From assembly GCF_030684315.1 (NCBI RefSeq), contig NC_081400.1:8375464-8439463 (forward strand): a stretch of DNA of 64,000 bases, written 5' to 3'. The notes under the pieces were generated by a model. That model saw only the letters and a list, made by a program, of their open reading frames with translations. It had not been told where the DNA came from and searched no databases. Positions within the stretch are counted from its first letter, which is position 1, and every line of letters begins with the position of its first letter. Below are positions 60,701 through 64,000 of the stretch, piece by piece. Source of the stretch: Stegostoma tigrinum. Its lineage: Eukaryota. The position numbers and the translations under genes were made by a program.

Positions 60701-61561
60701 CTCTGGACGTTGTGAATCACAAGAGTATAAACAGTCGATTTGTCATTAACTTCTCCAGAAAATCTTCCAGTTGGAGTGGAATATTTGCTCACAATGTGAA
60801 CTGAACGCAGATTTCCTCGGACCATCTGTTTGTACCAGTGAACACTTACACTTGCATACCAGCTCGTGTGGCAGTTCATCCTCACAGTGCTTCCAACGGA
60901 GACACTCTGAAGTGCCGGACTTTGCAGGAGCGTTGCCTGAGCGACAGTAACTTTGAAAACAGAGCATATCACAAGCTTTATCTCATAACAAGTTTTGGTT
61001 CACGCAAAGTTAATGGCTTAAGTGAAGCAACTATCATCATTGCGAGAATAAGCACCGATTCTAATTAGGAATTGGTACGTTAATACGTGCTAAAATACGT
61101 CAAAAGCAAGAGGCAGGAAGAAAGAAAGAACGATCGAAAGCAAAAAAAAGAGCAATATCAGCCAGACATTCGTCAAATGCGGTCAACTATTGCAATTTAA
61201 GAAAACGAGCACTGACTTTTGCTCAAAGGAATATTCCGCAATAGCAATTCCATACGATCACAAAAGCTGTTTTCGTCATTTTGGTGAAAAGATAGGCATT
61301 GACCCAAAACAGTAAAATAACTCCTCAACTTGTTTCCATGTGCAATACACGAAATATGAAAAAAAGTTTATCTAATTTACAGATCTTCGATAATGTAATT
61401 CTTCACCAGTTAAATAATGTTTTTCTTTTATAGAATACTTCATTTAGTGCTTCACCTGGCCGGATTTCCCATTGGCCGTACTCCTGATATACCTTACATT
61501 AGAAGAAAAATATCGAACCTGGCACAAGATAGCACAGCATACAGAGAGTTACGAGATCCAT
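54741..61561 (-). CDS. Copy 2: paralogous VJ-C1-TM receptor, ~305 aa. Exons 61561-61519, 60950-60612, 60524-60222, 58352-58224, 58091-58033, 54785-54741
   Basis: Same exon sizes and splice sites as copy 1 and an open frame. V ends YFCAGRKSYPDHFIFGNGSHLLITG; the tail ends ASYAPLKFNEDPIL*. Confidence 0.85.
54870..57540 (-). mobile_element. Degraded CR1 LINE in intron 5 of copy 2
   Basis: ALIRLHLEYYVQFWSAHYRKD; paralog of 7570-10150. Confidence 0.8.
58033..58091 (-). CDS. Copy 2 exon 5, cytoplasmic
   Basis: Identical to copy 1 exon 5. Confidence 0.8.
58224..58352 (-). CDS. Copy 2 exon 4, transmembrane
   Basis: ALPSSESQHIACSLMFYGSTLPLISLVMILIVVGGCIYGNCCS, canonical splice sites. Confidence 0.8.
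60222..60524 (-). CDS. Copy 2 exon 3, C1-like domain
   Basis: GTPNVILLSP...LLCLVS...WKYGAVCTCSV...YQK, donor AAAG|GTAAGT. Confidence 0.9.
60612..60950 (-). CDS. Copy 2 exon 2, VJ domain
   Basis: Lies within ORF 60559-60972. Has C...WYKQ...DSGVYFC...FGNG and canonical splice sites. Confidence 0.95.
61519..61561 (-). CDS. Copy 2 exon 1, signal peptide
   Basis: Same as the copy 1 leader, with the CCAG|GTTCGA donor. Confidence 0.7.
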
Positions 61562-64000
61562 TGGATGAGGGTGAAGTTCTCACTGTGAGATTTGAACAGT
61601 CTTATGTTGTTTGTGGAGCTCAATCTTGAGGCTCAGCTGCGGAAATTATCTGCGGCATATAAAAATAGCTAGATGGAAAGTACAGACTCATTTACATGAT
61701 TGCTGTGGGTTTCCTGTTTACACGTTAAGCATCCACATAGAGATCTGTTAGCAAAAATCAATCAATCATTGTGCAGGTTGTAAATTTTTTAGCTTGGTAA
61801 GGCATCACACTAAATGAGCAGCCTGCCTGACTCATTCCGTCTTGATTCGGCTCCACCATGCCATCAAGGGTTAATTGTCCCTCATTCCAGGCTTCATTTC
61901 GGATGTTCAAATAAAGCACGATCAATATGCCATTCCATAACTTTAAGTTCAAAGTAAATGTCAGTCACAGTGTCTGTGTTGGAGGAATGCAATATATTCC
62001 GACGTTGTCTTTCAGCTGAGATACTAAACCCAGGTAGGTTTTAGGTATTTCAAGACATTGTAAGCATCACCCGGCCTAACATTATCAAAAGTTGCAGGTG
62101 AATTTCTCTGATTTACTTTGGGTAAAAGTTCTCCACTCGCAGCAGTGCAAAAAAAAAACAAATAAATTAGAGTGTTATTTGACTTCATTTTATAATAAAT
62201 TGCTGGTTTATGCTTTGCGTTGAGATAGTGATGATAATTAAAATCATACGACCTTGTTGGGAAGGTACTTTGAAACATCTTTGATGCATGCGTTGTAATC
62301 TGCCTTACATTTCAACAGTGTTTTCCTCCTTGCTGTTACAAACATTCATTCCAACATAACAGGCAACTCGAATCGATTGTTAGCGTACAGTTGGAGGCGA
62401 AAAGTTTGTTTTGATGATAGTGGTACAGTAAACAATATAAGCTGCAACAAAAAGGTAAGTCATTCATGTCTTAGATCAAGAAATGAACAAGTTGCTTGAC
62501 TGTGACAATAGGTTGCATGTGTACAAAAATGATTATATTTGTGACACAGGTAATAAGCTTACTGTTGGCTATTGTTATCTCACAAAACAAAACACGAAGG
62601 AATAATGCATTTGATGTCAGTTTGGAATGTTATGTTTGCTTTATATAATGAATTACAATAACACTGCCTAGAGGAAGAAAATAACAGATAATTTATTCAA
62701 ATCTCAGGTCGTATTTAAGAAAAGCAATTGATAGTTCCATTCACTGTATTCCTGAGCGTGTGCTCGTTAAAATCTAGTGATTCCTTAAATTATGCTTGAT
62801 AATCAATATAAAGAATTATTTATTTACTGTTACAAGTGGTTTTATGCTAAATGTCAATAGGCTTTTTAAAAAGCCTGCTGTTGGCTGTTAAATGACACAC
62901 CAGTGATTATATTTACAGTTAGTTGCTACATTCTGTTTAATATCATCATTTGGGGGAATCCAATTTTATATCAAGATGAAAGTCAATTCATCTGCTACAG
63001 TTAAGTGTTAAAATGGACTTTATCATCCATAACCAGAATGCCAAATTACAATATTTTTCTATATGAGAACATAACTAATGCACAAAGGCAAAAAAAAAAT
63101 TTAAGCCTTACACTGAAAATAACACAACACGTGAATAAATATAATCCAACTGAGTTTGGCAAATCAGACAGTTATGAATAGCATCAGATATATTGTTGAA
63201 TGTGCACTATAATGAATCTAAGCAGGGATTCAAGCACACAAAGATATACTTCATTGGTCAAATCAATGTTAACAGTACAGTGTGAGCATGTATGCTTCTT
63301 TCGTCATGAGAATCAGCACTTTGGTGTCATGGATGTATCATTTTCGAAATGAGGCAGATAATTAGGCACACAGTTTTGGAAATTTTCACTTAATTCTCAA
63401 ATATATCATTGAAGCAAGAACACAATAGGCCAGGATGGTATGTACAACCCAGAAGAAAATTCAAAAACTGTGCGAACAAATGTGAAGGCAGACAATGGTA
63501 CTGTTAATAGAGCAAACTTTGTTATTTAATACACACATGATGATATCATATGTTAGTAGTCCTGCACTGTAGGTTAATTTCTTGCAGGCTCGTTTTTCAA
63601 TCCCATTGTCAGAACTGTTGGAAATTAAAGAACAATGGACAAGGCCATTATCCATAATAAAAGTACAGGCAAAAATGTGCAGAAGGATTAATTGAGAGGT
63701 GAAGTTCAGGAATCTTCCAAAAGACACAGAGTGAAATAGATTGTGCAAAAAGAAACAAACATGGCATAACATGGGGAAATATCAACTTGTCCACTTTGGT
63801 AAATATGAAAAAAAAAGCAGACAGAGGGTTTAAAGATTCTGGTGGAACTTAAAAACAAAAGGATTGCAGGATCTGGAAATCTGAGAAAATGCTGAAGAAA
63901 CTCAGCAGGTCTTGTAGCATGTGATGGCAAAAAAAAGTCACCGTTTTTCTGTTCAAGTCCAGTGATCGTTTGAAGGAAATAAAAGTAGTTAGGAATGGGT

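Larger units (their letters stand above)
45872..64000 (+). repeat. Segmental duplication, copy 2 (runs off the window end)
   Basis: ttgccacagagcgcagtgaggccgggacgt near 45881 matches the window start, and the window end matches ~16573-16612. Confidence 0.95.

Overview
Repeat-rich eukaryotic DNA, probably from a cartilaginous fish (inferred from the HE1/V-SINE-type tRNA SINEs, the abundant CR1 and Penelope-like elements, and the gene type). It has one 133-N assembly gap at 30284-30416. The main content is two same-orientation copies of a segmental duplication about 47.4 kb apart (1-16612 and ~45872-64000). Each copy carries an intact six-exon minus-strand gene for a ~305-aa type I membrane protein. 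The order is leader, a single exon with a germline-joined V+J domain (YFC...FGNG), an 87-nt intron, a C1-like domain, an uncharged TM helix, and a cytoplasmic tail ending in YAPLKF. This is a non-rearranging, antigen-receptor-like VJ-C1 receptor. The two paralogs differ mostly in the CDR1/2/3-equivalent loops, which suggests a germline-diversified immune receptor family. The rest of the window is transposon material: CR1 and Rex/Babar LINEs, Penelope-like elements (several with minimal hammerhead ribozyme cores), Gmr1-like Gypsy remnants, SINEs and microsatellites. Exon models come from reading splice signals and phases by eye, without transcript data. Repeat boundaries are approximate.
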